A stretch of 64,000 bases of DNA from Macrostomum lignano (taxonomy: Eukaryota). Below, piece after piece: positions 26,011 through 38,610 of the stretch. Every line of letters starts with the position of its first letter. Positions within the stretch are counted from its first letter, which is position 1. The stretch spans positions 1 to 64,000 of the forward strand of contig NIVC01002874.1 of the NCBI GenBank assembly GCA_002269645.1, read 5' to 3'. The position numbers and the translations under genes are program-made. A model generated the notes under the pieces. The model was given only the letters and a program-made list of their open reading frames with translations. It ran no database searches and was not told the DNA's origin.

Positions 26011-27447
26011 ATGGAATTTGTAACTAACTTTCGTACTCTTTCGTACGTCAATTACATCGGCGTTGACGATTTCTCCGATCGTCTGAGCTACCAGATTAGC
26101 AGCAGCATCCTGACCATGCTGGGCATACTGGTGACAGCGCGCACCTACGCTATGATGCCGATCGCCTGCTACATACCGCAGGGATTTGGCTTTGAGAACG
26201 GCCAGCTGGACTTTGTGGATCAATACTGCTTGACAGAGGGCACTTACGCTGTTGACGTCAGGCATTTCCATCTTCATAGCGAACGAAACGATGGCGGGCT
26301 GAGCGCCTACGCGGAGCATAAAATCTACTACTACCAGTGGGTGCCGCTTGTGCTCGGCTTCCAGGCTGTGCTGTGCTGCCTGCCCCGCCTGGTCTGGCGC
26401 ATGGTCAGCTTCGACCGGGCCGGCACTGACGTCGGGCGAATCGTCAAGCTGGCCAAGGACGCCTCGGAGGACTCTAGCGGCGGCCTGACGCGCAGGCGGA
26501 TGGTCACGCATATTGCCAGGTTAATCCAGAGGATGATCAAACGACGCCTGCCACCGAAGAAAGAAGAAAGTGGACAGTTAGACGCCCGGGCGCGCCTAAT
26601 TGTGGCCTGGCGCACGTTCAGTCGCATGAAGCCATCGCAGCTTAGTGGAAACTACCTGATTATTACCTATCTGCTAATCAAGTTTGCCTACCTGTTGAAC
26701 GCCGTAGGCCAGTTGCTTACAATGAAAGAGTTTCTACAATTGAACTCCACGCGCTACACGATGCCTGGAATTGATCTACTCAGAGAGGTGCTGGCCGACA
26801 TCGACTGGCAGAACACCATGGTGTTCCCTCGAGTGGGCGCCTGCGCCGTGAAGATGCGCTCCGCCGTTGGAGTGAACTGGCTGTACGCCCAGTGCGCCCT
26901 GCCGGTCAACATGATCAACGAGAAGATTTACGTATTTCTGTGGTTCTGGTTCTTCGTGGTCGCCGTGGTAACAATAGTGAGCGCATTCGGTTGGCTCTAC
27001 CGTCTGGCCTGGCGCTTCAGCCTGATCAACTTTGTCAAGGACTACCTGCGTCTTGCGGACAACTATAGCGAACTAAAATCTAAAAAGCATCTGATGCACA
27101 AGTTTGTTAAGCGGTATTTGAGTCGCGACGGTGCCTTCTTAATGAAAATGATTGCGCTCAACTGCGGTGATATGGTCTGCGCAGACGTGGTCAACGCTAT
27201 GTGGGAGAGCTTTCTGTTGCGCGAGAAACTTGGCGACGCCTCGAATTCACCAGAGTTGCCCGGACTGCTGGCTCTGAACTGCCACGGGCTGCCCGCTTCC
27301 AACTGCGTGAATAGGCGCAGAAAAATGCTGAGGTGGCAGAAGAGCGCACCGGAGTCAAATCAACCACCAGTGGACTTGGACGAGCTGACTGAGCACGCCG
27401 CGGAGCTGGAGCAGTGCCGGAAGGAGGGCCGCGAGATCGACCCCTGA
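26011..27447 (+). CDS. inx: Innexin (gap-junction/hemichannel protein), intronless, 478 aa
   Basis: DDFSDRLSY at the N-terminus, EL1 cysteines (IACY, QYCL), the YYQWVP signature, EL2 FPRVGAC...CALPVNMINEKIYVFLWFW and four hydrophobic segments. Confidence 0.96.
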   Translation: MEFVTNFRTLSYVNYIGVDDFSDRLSYQISSSILTMLGILVTARTYAMMPIACYIPQGFGFENGQLDFVDQYCLTEGTYAVDVRHFHLHSERNDGGLSAYAEHKIYYYQWVPLVLGFQAVLCCLPRLVWRMVSFDRAGTDVGRIVKLAKDASEDSSGGLTRRRMVTHIARLIQRMIKRRLPPKKEESGQLDARARLIVAWRTFSRMKPSQLSGNYLIITYLLIKFAYLLNAVGQLLTMKEFLQLNSTRYTMPGIDLLREVLADIDWQNTMVFPRVGACAVKMRSAVGVNWLYAQCALPVNMINEKIYVFLWFWFFVVAVVTIVSAFGWLYRLAWRFSLINFVKDYLRLADNYSELKSKKHLMHKFVKRYLSRDGAFLMKMIALNCGDMVCADVVNAMWESFLLREKLGDASNSPELPGLLALNCHGLPASNCVNRRRKMLRWQKSAPESNQPPVDLDELTEHAAELEQCRKEGREIDP

Positions 27448-29297
27448 TACCTGGGTCGCTGTTGCCACGCCGAATCCTGTGTGCTTTGATATGAGTCAGG
27501 TTTCAGTTCTATTGACTTTTGACCAAGCAACTTTAAAACTCTTCGTGTCTTTTCGTTGCACATTTAACCGTTTTTCTATGTAATTTTCCCATACTTGGGT
27601 TTCACTAATTACCAAGCGCCAAACCAGCACGCAACTGACCCTGTCTGTCTTTCAACTTGACAGCTTAAATTATTATTCTCGTTTTATCCTTGTGATCTAT
27701 TTAGGCATGGATGATCCTCGTTTTTACTTTTATTATGTTTCTCGTATATATTTCAAGTTTTTTTTTCATTTTTAAACCAGAAATCGCATTCCAATTGGTA
27801 ATGACGACAATTATAAAAATAATTGTACCAATCAATACTTCAAATACTATTTACCTAAAATAACGTCCTTTTGAATCGCGGTCATCAAATGAACTTTAAT
27901 TTCGTAGAATCACACGATTTTTACATTAATTTCATTCCTTTATACATCAATCGTGTGATTTGATAGCGATGTGAAGACTCTAAACAAACAATGTGACCAT
28001 CGTTTAGGTTGTGCAGTGACCATTGTTTAGGTTGTGACCGTTTTTTTAGTTTGTGACCATTTGTTACGAGCTACAGCCTCCAATACTGCGTTTCCATTGT
28101 ATTACGATTGAAGTTATGAAAGAAGTATGAATATATGTTTCAAATATCCTTTGCTAAATAAATGTTATAGTAGCGATTGTACATTCCAATTGCTAGCCAC
28201 TATAAAGATTAATATAACACCTATAACAGAAAGTTTAACACAAAATATCTGTTAAACACTGTGGTTCATGCTTACACACCTATATGCACTTTATAAAATG
28301 GCATAAATTGCTGCGACCCATTTTCTGTGCAAGCCATGTTAATATAGAAAAATTCAGAATCGAAACATTTCCTCGTCAGGTAGATACATGTAGTAGCACT
28401 TTGTTCTGTGTTCTAAAAGAATGCTTCAGTGTTCCAATGTTTACTGTTGGGCTATAGTACGCGGTCGTCCCGGTTGCGTACGATATTGGGTGGCGTTGGA
28501 ATGTGCGATGTGCGCGCAACGCATGCAGCAACTGCCAGCTGCAGCATCAACAAAAATCTCATTCGCTGCAGACGTTACGAGCTTATAGACAACCGCCTTG
28601 ACAACCTTGAAAGCGCGCTCGAATCGCTCCCACCCCCTACCCTTCTGGACTAGAGCGTAGATTCCCTCTGGCACACTTTCTTCCCCAGTCGCATCCCATT
28701 CCTGTGTTTCGAATAAGGCCGTTTTGCTAAACCCGATCAATAATTTTGCAGATGGAGCGTATAGGGGCGATGGGGGCCAGAGAAAGGAACGAGCTAAACA
28801 GTGTTTGTCCGTGGTCTGCAGGAGAGGTACCGATTGGCGTGAAGGCTACGCCATTGTCTACTAGTTCGGGGGAAGAATCCCCTTCAGCCTTTGGTCCTGC
28901 CTCCGACTTTTGCCGCTACCCCCAAGCCATTCTAGGATCGGAAATAAAAGGAGGGGTTTGAGGGGCGAACCGTTCCCTCGGTGGTTGCAGTGCCACTGGT
29001 TTATCTTTTGTACACGATTTCTGATTCTCGGCTTGAAAACAGGGTGAGTATTAAGTATTGTATATTCGACTAGATAAATAAAAATGTGGGTTACTCTCTA
29101 GCAAATATAAATATAAAAGGGCCACTGTACATGTACATACAAGACCGTGTTAAACGTATTAATCCAGAACTTGCCCTTACACAAATCATTCCTGGATAGT
29201 CGTTTGTCCACGTGACCTACGCTCGTATTATTCTTATAGATTTCTCAGTTTGTCTAATAAAACTTGCACCAATCCAAAATTCCATTGGAGGGAGCAG

Positions 29298-30705
29298 ATG
29301 GAGGACGTGCGGAACGACCAGGGCGGCAATTTCAGCTGCACCAGCTGCAGCAAGGCGCTCACCGGGCAGCGCTACATCCTGCGCGAGGAGAAGCCGCACT
29401 GCATTCAGTGCTACGAGCAGGTGTTCGCTAACAGCTGCGAACAATGCAAGGAGAAGATTGGCTGCGATTCCAAGGTAAGCTGGATGGTAACATGTAATAT
29501 TGACTTATCAAAAAACAGTAAACGCAAATTGCATGTACCCGTATGAGTTCGGAGCGACGTTTTTTTAGTAAAGGTTCTTCTTTAGAAGCTTTTCAAAAGG
29601 ACCGTACTACTTTAGTATAACAGTACGTGAAACTCAAAGATCGTGTAATGTTTTACACCTTCTTTACACCTTTGACACTGGAATGGAGATTAGTAGGCTA
29701 TTGTGTCCGTTAAGTTTCGGCTTAGTTCCCATTGCTAAGTATATAATGGTACAAGCGGATTCCCGTCCTCTCCAGGACCTGTCGTACAAGGACCGGCACT
29801 GGCACGAGCGCTGCTTCAAGTGCTCCTCCTGCCAGGGCAGCCTGGTTGACAAGCCCTTCGCCACTAAAGACGACGCGTTGTTCTGTTCAAATTGTCACGA
29901 CGAAAAATACGCCGCCCGTTGCGACGGCTGCGGCAAGCCGTTCAACGCCGGGATTCGCAAGTACGAATACCACGGCAAGCAGTGGCATGAGGACTGCTTC
30001 CTGTGCAAGGAGTGCCGAGAGCCAATTGGCAGCCGTTCGTTCATCCCGCGCGACCAAGAGGTCTGCTGCGTGCCCTGCTACGAGCAGAAGTACGCGCAGA
30101 AGTGCCGCAAATGCGAGCAGGCTATTAAACGCGGCGGAGTCACGTACAAAGGCGAGCCCTACCACAAGGAGTGCCTGGTGTGCGGCAACTGCAACGGGCA
30201 GCTGGCTGGAGTGAAGTTCACCAGCAAGGAGAACAAGCCCTACTGTGCCGAATGCTACGGCCAACTATTTGCTAAGAAGTGCTGTCGCTGCACCCAGCCA
30301 ATCACGGGTCAGTCAGTGCGCTAACCTGGGGTTACGACCAGTAGTATTATTAGGACATTGAAGCTTGAGAAAGGAAATGACGAGACCAATCTTGCCTTTA
30401 ACTTTTGTTTTCCATAGTAAATTGCATCGAATAAGGTTTTATTATAATACGGAAAGTAAAGGGCAGAGAAGCTCAGCGGAAAAATTTATTCTTTTAAGTT
30501 TGGGGCAGAATTTCTTTTGATAATAAATAGAAAAATTCTCTGAACACATTCAAACCTAGGCTTCGGTGGCTGCAAGTTCATCTCGTTCGAGGACAGGCAC
30601 TGGCACTCGGACTGCTTCGTGTGCTACAAGTGCTCAGTGAACCTGGTCGGCCGCGGCTTCCTAACAGACGGCGATGAAATTCTGTGTCCGGAGTGCGGCC
30701 GCTGA
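29298..30705 (+). CDS. FHL2: Four-and-a-half-LIM protein (FHL2/Limpet-like); exons 29298-29474, 29776-30307, 30560-30705
   Basis: A half-LIM CTSC...CIQC followed by four LIM domains (DLSYKDRHWHERCF, QWHEDCF, GGVTYKGEPYHKEC, FISFEDRHWHSDCF). Junctions AAG|gtaagc..tccag|GAC and ACGG|gtcagt..cctag|GC keep frame. A possible 5'UTR donor lies at 29043. Confidence 0.93.
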
Positions 30706-31968
30706 GTCTCGTATTTAGGATACGGGGAGGAAGCCAGAAAGCACACGATGGCGAATGTCCTAATTCAACTACTTACTCACAGCTGCAGTAGTATAGCTTG
30801 GTTATTTATGAACGCACAGTCGCCAATAGGCTTCAACAGCAGCAGTAGAATTACACAGAGTTTTTGTTAGAAAATTTCAACTTTGAAACATCAATTGATG
30901 CACAAAAGAAACGAAAAAGACGCAAGATTTTATATGCTACTAATGCATCAATAGTTGGCTTAAACGCATTGATCCATTCGATTGATAATCATTATTTTCT
31001 TTTTTAGCCACTTTCCCTTTATATATAAAATATTTATGCTTAACTTTAACAGCTAAACAAAGCTTATATAGCCTTTATAAAAACCCATCTAATAACTTAA
31101 CAAATACACATAATATATTCTATTGTTATAAATTCACTCATTGGACAAAACGATAATTTGCGAATCAATTATTTATAAACGCAAACGAAACACTTCAGAC
31201 GCAGTTATTTAACTTTTTTTTCATTAAAAGCGATTTATATATTTTTTATAATGAAATAAAATAATATAAGTACAGCGCAAATAATGAACAGAAATAGCCA
31301 ATGTAAAAAACATTATATTTACAATTCAGAAAAGAAATCATAACACAATTATCACTGATATAATAATAATAACAATATTAGTTTTAAATAAAAACAAAAT
31401 TAAAATTAATTCAGCCACGCACCAATCCTACTAATAGTAGAGGAAAAGCGTGTAAACAAATCCTATTTATATCTGTTATAAAATAAAAGCAGCGTTATTA
31501 AGATGAGAAGTTTAAATCGAAATCAATTATTTCTACATAACAGACAAAAAAACAAATTTGATACATCGATTTTCATAACTTTTGTTGAGACATCTGGACA
31601 CCAAATTTGGATATAGGGACTGAATAGGAATGGAGCAGCTTACTAGTTTATAAGCCTATTAATTTATCTTATTAGGATTTCTATTGAAAATATATAATGG
31701 GATTTTAATTCAGACTATATAATGGGATTTCAATTCAGATTACATCAACGGGGTTTTAATTCAGAATATTGGGTGGGGATCTCTATAAGGATATTTTCTA
31801 CGTAATTGTAGGACTATATATATATATATACTATAATATAATTACTAACTGAAAAACATTACGAGTATACCTTTGGCCTCTGATAAATTAGGCGCGCTAC
31901 TAATGTACTAAGGAAACAAATGTACTTTTATCCTTATAATCAATTTCCTCTTCTCCTTTGTTGACGCG

Positions 31969-33316
31969 CTAAAAGTCGTCCTGGGCTTTCGCATTTTTAT
32001 AATAGGTCGTTAGTTCCATATTAAGCGCAGAGCCCTCTTCTCGCATGATGGCGTCAAGATCCCTGTCCAGCCTGGCCTTCTCCTCCGCCGGCTTCTCCTC
32101 GATGATGTAATCGGGCACTGCGCTGGCGGCTCTCGCTGCACCGCCGGCCGGCCGGTTGAAGCCTCTTCCGCCGCGGCCTCGGCGAGATGGGCCGCCTTGC
32201 CGAACGCCGCGGCTGACACCGTAACGGCGCTGGGGTGAGTAGCCGCCGACGTTGCCAGGGTAACCCGCTGGTTGGTTTCTATACTGTCGGTTAAGTCGAT
32301 TACTGTTGACAAACTCAACTGTGTTTCTGCAAATCCAATTATTAATTTGAGGCATAAGTAAACTGAATCTAGCTAGTACAAGTACTAGCATCCCATGGCT
32401 CTAAGGTCCTCACTCAGATCTATGGCTCTGAGATCCTCACTCACCGATCCCATCGCTCTCAGATCCTCACTCACCGATCCCATCGCTCTCAGATCCTCAC
32501 TCACCGATCCCATCGCTCTCAGATCCTCACTCACCGATCCCATCGCTCTCAGATCCTCACTCACCGATCCCATCGCTCTCAGATCCTCACCCACCGATCC
32601 CATCGCTCTCAGATCCTCACTCACCGATCCCATCGCTCTCAGATCCTCACTCACCGATCCCATCGCTCTCAGATCCTCACTCACCGATCCCATCGCTCTC
32701 AGATCCTCACTCCAAGATCCCGCAGCTCTGAGATCCCATATTCCCAGACTCGGCCTGAGATCCCATATTCCCAGACTCGGCCTGAGATCCCATATTCCCA
32801 GACTCGGCCTGAGATCCCATATTCCCACAGTCGGCCTGAGATCCCATATTCCCAGACTCGGCCTGAGATCCCATATTCCCAGACTCGGCCTGAGATCCCA
32901 TATTCCCACAGTCGGCCTGAGATCCCATATTCCCAGACTCGGCCTGAGATCCCATATTCCCACAGTCGGCCTGAGATCCCATATTCCCAGACTCGGCCTG
33001 AGATCCCATATTCCCACAGTCGCTCACCTGCCAACTCGGAATGCATGGCTTCGCCGGTTCGGGCCTCCCCTGCCAACAGCGCCGGCAGGGCTGCTAGCAG
33101 GAAACTGTGCTGCCATCGCCGGAGGCACGACCACTACCTCTCGCTCTCGAAACGGCCGTTCAATTCGACCCTGAAGGACCCCCCGCAGTCGGTCATTCAT
33201 CGCACCTTCGTACCGATTGCCACCGCCACCTCTATTACGGCCGGATGGAGCGCCTCTGCGCATGTCGTAAGGCCGACGTCTGGGCAGATGACCGCCACCT
33301 CTCTGGTACTGCAGGC
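31969..33316 (-). CDS. RGG-rich RNA-binding protein with a CHTOP/FOP-like C-terminal motif; exons 33316-33028 and 32302-31969 (5' end uncertain, internal ATG near 33263)
   Basis: GGC AG|gtgagc joins caacag|T AAT in phase 2. The product has RGG/GR tracts and the tail EEKARLDRDLDAIM...LNMELTTYY, resembling the duplicated LDxxLDAYM motif of CHTOP/ALYREF-type proteins. Confidence 0.62.
32395..33020. repeat. Two abutting minisatellites in one intron: 30-bp (GATCCCATCGCTCTCAGATCCTCACTCACC, ~32395-32720) and 27-bp (GAGATCCCATATTCCCAGACTCGGCCT, ~32725-33020)
   Basis: About 10-11 copies each, with a sharp junction near 32720. Confidence 0.96.
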
Positions 33317-34029
33317 CTGTGAATCTGGGCAAACAGCATGACAATTTTTTAAAATGCTTCTAAGCGCGTGTATTAGGGTATAGTTTTTTTCATATTTAGA
33401 AAAGCAACAGACCCAAATAGACTAACCAATGGAACAGAACGATAAGTTTCGGCGGGAAACGATGCAGCTTTGTATCATACCATACTACTACCAGTAGTTT
33501 TTCGTAAGTAGAAATGTTGAACAACGATAAAAGAAAATGAAATGCTTCGTTAGGAGACATGAAAGAGCCCATTTCTTGCTTCTCAAAGCCTAAAATAATT
33601 CCCTTTTTATGTCTCTAAAAGTAGTTATTTGCAAATTATACATGGCACCACTATTAAAATCACCTGTCATTCAGAGTAATTGGCGTTGCATCACGAATGT
33701 GAATTTTCGCTGGAAGTTTCATATCTTCTTTATAACCTGGAAAAGAGTGTTGAAAATTTGAACCTGAAGAACTGCTTATAATGAAGCAATATCGAAATAA
33801 TATAAAAACATTTTCTATGAGTCAAGAAAGCAGTGACAATGACATAGCTGAGAAGGTAATGAATGGCTTGAATAGGAATTAGAAGTTGACAAATTGCAGA
33901 TAACCATTTAATTGTATTTTCAGACTTTTAGACAGGGGAGCTTATTAAGTTCCTGAACTAATCAACAGTTAGAGTTCAAGGATGTTCTACCAGATCGCTC
34001 TTAAAATTTCAGCTCAATAGGTCGCAATG

Positions 34030-34445
34030 GATGCCACGCAGTGGCCGAAAGCTCTGCGGTGCCATCCCAGTTGATGGTGTACAAGTTCTTTGTGCATCTT
34101 TGCTGCAGCTCAAACACTCAGTACTCGAGGGCAAACTGAGTTTGGCCATTTCTGAAGGATTTTTTGCTGCTGCTCAAAGCCACGTGGACAAAGATTGGCA
34201 AGTGAAAAATTGCTAGTTAGTTAGCACAGCAGCTTGTCAGGATGTCGGATTCTACCATTGTCAAGATTCTGCACCAGCACCTCGGCATGAGGAAGCTGTC
34301 CACTTGTTGGGTTCCCCATCAGTTCAGTGCTAACCAGATACGAGCCAGGTTTGACGGAGGCTACTCAAAGTTAGTGGACAAAATCCTCATTGGCAATGAA
34401 AACCTGGGTCGACTTCTATGGCCCAGAGACCAAGGAGTCGATCTC
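34030..34445 (+). pseudogene. Degenerate mariner (Tc1/mariner) transposase fragment
   Basis: STIVKILHQHLGMRKLSTCWVPHQF resembles the mariner ILHxxLGMRK..RWVPHxL motif. After a frameshift, IGNE/WVDFYGPETKES resembles TGDETWV..YDPETKxQS. An in-frame stop lies at ~34214 and there are internal deletions. Confidence 0.8.
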
Positions 34446-34959
34446 AGATCTCAGGACGGGGGGTGCTTTAGCGCATGATTCAAGCACCTGCAAGAGTGCT
34501 TTGATTTGAATTGGAAATTATGTTGAGAAGTGATATGCACTGCATTTTCTGATTGTAGATTTTGGCACAGATGCAACCAAAAGATATGAAAATTTCTAGG
34601 AACTTAAAAGTATAGTAGCACATACAGTCTTGGGCATAACAGGGAATATGCTTCATATTATATGTGTATAAAAACAAATTACCTTTTGAGGACCTGGCAT
34701 TATGTATACTATTATAAGTACTACTCATGATTATATAGCATATTTTGTATCCCGTCGAACTTTTCACCCGGAATTTCGCCCGGAATTTTTTGCGTTCACC
34801 CGGAATTTTTTCCTATTCCAGTAATGCAATCTGATCCGGGTGGAAATTCCGGATCTGTAACGAAAGTTTACAGAATCCGGGCGAAATTTCCGGATCAAAA
34901 AGAAAAATTCCGGAAAATAGACCCGGATCGCTAAAAAAAATCCGGTGACTGTTCCGGGT

Positions 34960-35445
34960 GCGATCCGGGCGAGTGGAACGGATCAGCACACAAATCCGGG
35001 CTAAATTCCGGGCGACGAAAACCGGATCAACACACAATTCCGGGCGAGTGAACCGGAACAGCACACAAATCCGGGCTAATTCCGGGCGAGTGAACCGGAT
35101 CAGCACACAAATCCGGGCTAATTCTGGGCGAGTGAACCGGATCAGCACACAATTCCGGGCGAGTGAACCGGATCAGCACACAATTCCGGGCGAGTGAACC
35201 GGATCAGCACACAATTCCGGGCGAGTGAACCGGATCAGCACACAAATCCGGGCTAATTCCGGGCGAGTGAACCGGATCAGCACACAAATCCGGGCTAATT
35301 CCGGGCGAGTGAACCGGATCAGCACACAAATCCGGGCTAATTCCGGGCGAGTGAACCGGATCAGCACACAAATCCGGGCGAATTCCGGGAGAGTGAACCG
35401 GATTAGCACACGAATCCAGGTGAATTCTGGATGATTGAACCGGAT
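34960..35445. repeat. 42-bp (and 30-bp deletion variant) subterminal tandem repeat (CCGGGCGAGTGAACCGGATCAGCACACAAATCCGGGCTAATT)
   Basis: Tandem copies that account for the ORFs at 34813-35455. Confidence 0.93.
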
Positions 35446-36043
35446 TTGCAGCCAAACCTTAGGCTTATCACAGTAGCAGAAAATTAAATAAAGAACGGGT
35501 CATTGTTCCATACATTTTCCACGACTACGAATTGAATCGAATTCGATTTAGCCGTCCACGAACAGAAATACTGAATTCAGTTGTGCACAACTGCAAATCG
35601 TATATTTCTATGCACTTCTACGTACTTTCAGAAACAAAAAATGCTGACCTTCTGAATGTCACTCGGATGGGCAGCTGGACTTCGATGCTACCATCAACTT
35701 TTTTTGAAGCCGTATACGGTTTTATATACCTTATCGCGACATTGGCTGCTCTTCAGGGATCCCCATCGCCTACCTCTGATTGCATCTGTCAGGTGGGTCA
35801 CTCGCTATACAGCTAATTAGCTAGTTAACTCAAGTCAGCTGACTTGTCTATTCACTTGCTTAAGAATTGTAAAGATCTCCGCAAAAATTAAGGAACGACT
35901 TTTGTCTCATTTTCCAGGACCTATCAGGGCTCATAAATGTAGACAGCCAATGTCTCGAAGAGCGTTTCTAATGAAATCGAATCCAGCAAATTTGGCCTTA
36001 ACAAAAAGCTAGAAATTAATTGCAAATAAATGCGGTGGTGGTG

Positions 36044-36660
36044 TTATGCACTCGATCTTGGACATCGCCCGCATTTCACTCCTCGAGTAGCTCGTGGTCT
36101 GGAAATATATGTTTCCAGAAGTCGGCCCTCATTTTCGGCAGCACTGGCGATTCGTCGCGCCTTCACCTGGTCCGCCTTCTTTTGCCGCTCTGCGGCTGGC
36201 CGAGATTGAAAGAGCACTGCCTGGCTTCTCGCCACGGTCGTGTCGGATTCCGACGAGCTCGTAGCGGAGATAGCTTCCAATCGAAGAACTTCAGCTTTCA
36301 TCTGACGATTTTCGGCTTGAGCCTCCGACAGCTTTTCACGAACTCCGCTCAATTGATGGCCTATTAAGTACATAAAAATGAGGAGAGTGGCGAAGCAGAT
36401 TCAAACTTAAGAATCAACAACACTTATATATATACGAGGCTGCTAACGTCTTCTAGTATATGCATAAAAAACATACACAGTTCGTCCTCGGCTTCGCCTT
36501 GGGCCCGAATCTGATCCATCATTGTGGTGCATGACGGGCATCGTGACGGCTGCGGTTGCTGCGATGGCACACGCGCCAAAGCAGTCGCTTCAATCGCTTG
36601 GGCCTTTCTATCCAAAGGCCCCTTCCAGAGAGTGGCGGAATACCGGGATCCGGTACTCTT
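36044..36660 (-). CDS. Possible spliced cargo gene fragment inside the CMC-like element (CxxC + coiled coil); exons ~36660-36477 and 36360-36044
   Basis: CTG T|gtatgt and taatag|GC are phase-compatible, giving ...RCPSCTTMMDQIRAQGEAEDEL-C-HQLSGVREKLSEAQAENRQMKAEVLRLE... No family was recognised, and the 5' end runs into the duplicated segment. Confidence 0.4.
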
Positions 36661-36678
36661 GTTAGCAGCCGTGACAAC

Positions 36679-37720
36679 GTGATCTGCTCACGGCTGGTGC
36701 AACTGCAAACGCCTTAGACAAACCAATGGAGCATGTACCGACAAAAATCGGATTAGCGTCTATCTTAATAGGAAAGCTGCTTTGCATACTGGGCCAGTTA
36801 GAGCTATTTGGAACCATGCCACAGTCTCCGTCTAGACACCCAGCTGTGCCAAACAATATGGTTGGCTGATTTTATGCTTCTAAGCGTCAAATATGACGAT
36901 AGAATCATTCAGCCCGTTGACACACTAAGCAGCTGTGATAGACTACATGCCAGTGGAAGTCAAACCTCTCGCACACAAACAGGGCGCAACAATTTTTCAA
37001 TTGTCACCTGTACGGAGGATGGGCTCAGCCTCACATTACGGACGCTACAGAGCCGCCGAAAAGCAGATAAGTTGTCTCATCAAAGCGAGGCTTTATTACC
37101 CCTCGCAGGTCAGCTTATCAGCTGCCTTGAGCCACAACAGAAGCGAGGATTAATTATCCATCGCAGGTCAGCTTATCAGCTGCCTTGAGCCACAACAGAA
37201 GCGAGGATTAATTATCCATCGCAGGTCAGCTTATCAGCTGCCTTGAGCCACACGATATGGTTACCGACCATAGTAGTCCGTATAGACTACTCTAGACGTG
37301 ATCTGCTCACGGCTGGTGCAACTGCAAACGCCTTAGACAAACCACTGGAAGCATGTACCGACAAAAATCGGATTAGCGTCTATCTTAATAGGAAAGCTGC
37401 TTTGCATACTGGGCCAGTTAGAGCTATTTGGAACCATGCCACAGTCTCCGTCTAGACACCCAGCTGTGCCAAACAATATGGTTGGCTGATTTTATGCTTC
37501 TAAGCGTCAAATATGACGATAGAATCATTCAGCCCGTTGACACACTAAGCAGCTGTGATAGACTACATGCCAGTGGAAGTCAAACCTCTCGCACACAAAC
37601 AGGGCGCAACAATTTTTCAATTGTCACCTGTACGGAGGATGGGCTCAGCCTCACATTACGGACGCTACAGTGCCGCCGAAAAGCAGATCAATTCACATTG
37701 CAATTTCGAGGCTTTATTAC
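36679..37720. repeat. ~400-bp direct duplication (36679-37070 vs 37299-37690, offset 620) separated by ~2.5 copies of a 58-bp repeat (37103-37250)
   Basis: Near-identical ORFs at 36808 and 37428. TCGCAGGTCAGC recurs at 37103, 37161 and 37219. Confidence 0.92.
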
Positions 37721-37878
37721 CCCTCGCTTTCCAAGAGGAATTAGCGCCGTTGACCAAATGGATGCCAGGGATTGCCTGATGGGATAGCCATTTGCTGGGG
37801 TCTGTATTCAGCGGTTTTCCATCGGAGGCTTCCTCTCAAAATCCCCATGGAACTTATATAATGGATGCCGGATTGATT

Positions 37879-38610
37879 CCGACTCAAGTCCCAAAATTTT
37901 CCCGGATCAGCTTCGCCCGGAACTTGGCTGAAATTCGGGTCAAGGGAGCTGATCCGGGTGAATTTTCCGGATCAGTTGGTCCGGATCACTAGGGAATTCC
38001 GACTCAAGTCCCGAAATGTTCCCGGATCAGCTTCGCCCGGAACTTGGCTGAAATTCGGGTCAAGGGAGCTGATCCGGGTGAATTTTCCGGATTATTTGGT
38101 CCGGATTGCTAGGGAATTCCGACTCAAGTCCCGAAATTTTCCCGGATCAGCTTCGCCCGGAACTTGGCTGAAATTCGGGTCAAGGGAGCTGATCCGGGTG
38201 AATTTTCCGGATTATTTGGTCCGGATCGCTAGGAATTCCGACTCAAGTCCCGAAATTTTCCCGGATCAGCTTCGCCCGGAACTTGGCTGAAATTCGGGTC
38301 AAGGGAGCTGATCCGGGTGAATTTTCCGGATCAGTTGGTCCGGATCACTAGGGAATTCCGACTCAAGTCCCGAAATGTTCCCGGATCAGCTTTGCCCGGA
38401 ACTTGGCTGAAATTCGGGTCAAGGGAGCTGATCCGGGTGAATTTTCCGGATCAGTTGGTCCGGATCAATGGAGAATTCCGACTCAAGTCCCGAAATGTTC
38501 CCGGATCAGCTTTGCCCGGAACTTGGCTGAAATTCGGGTCAAGGGAGCTGATCCGGGTGAATTTTCCGGATCAGTTGGTCCGGATCAATGGAGAATTCCG
38601 ACTCAATTCC
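37879..38610. repeat. 120-bp subterminal tandem repeat, ~6 copies
   Basis: CCGACTCAA recurs at 37879, 37999, 38119, 38238, 38358, 38478 and 38598. Confidence 0.96.

Noticed and set aside
28746-28998. Possible MITE ending in GCAGTGCCACTG
   Set aside because: No matching left TIR or TSD was found.
36700-37790. Hints of a decayed non-LTR reverse transcriptase on the minus strand (WSTALIPLGKRG..PRNC, SAFRR..S, IEK) and an ankyrin-like LLTAGATANALDK on the plus strand
   Set aside because: The motifs are in different frames with many stops and support conflicting interpretations. A frameshift-aware profile search is needed.
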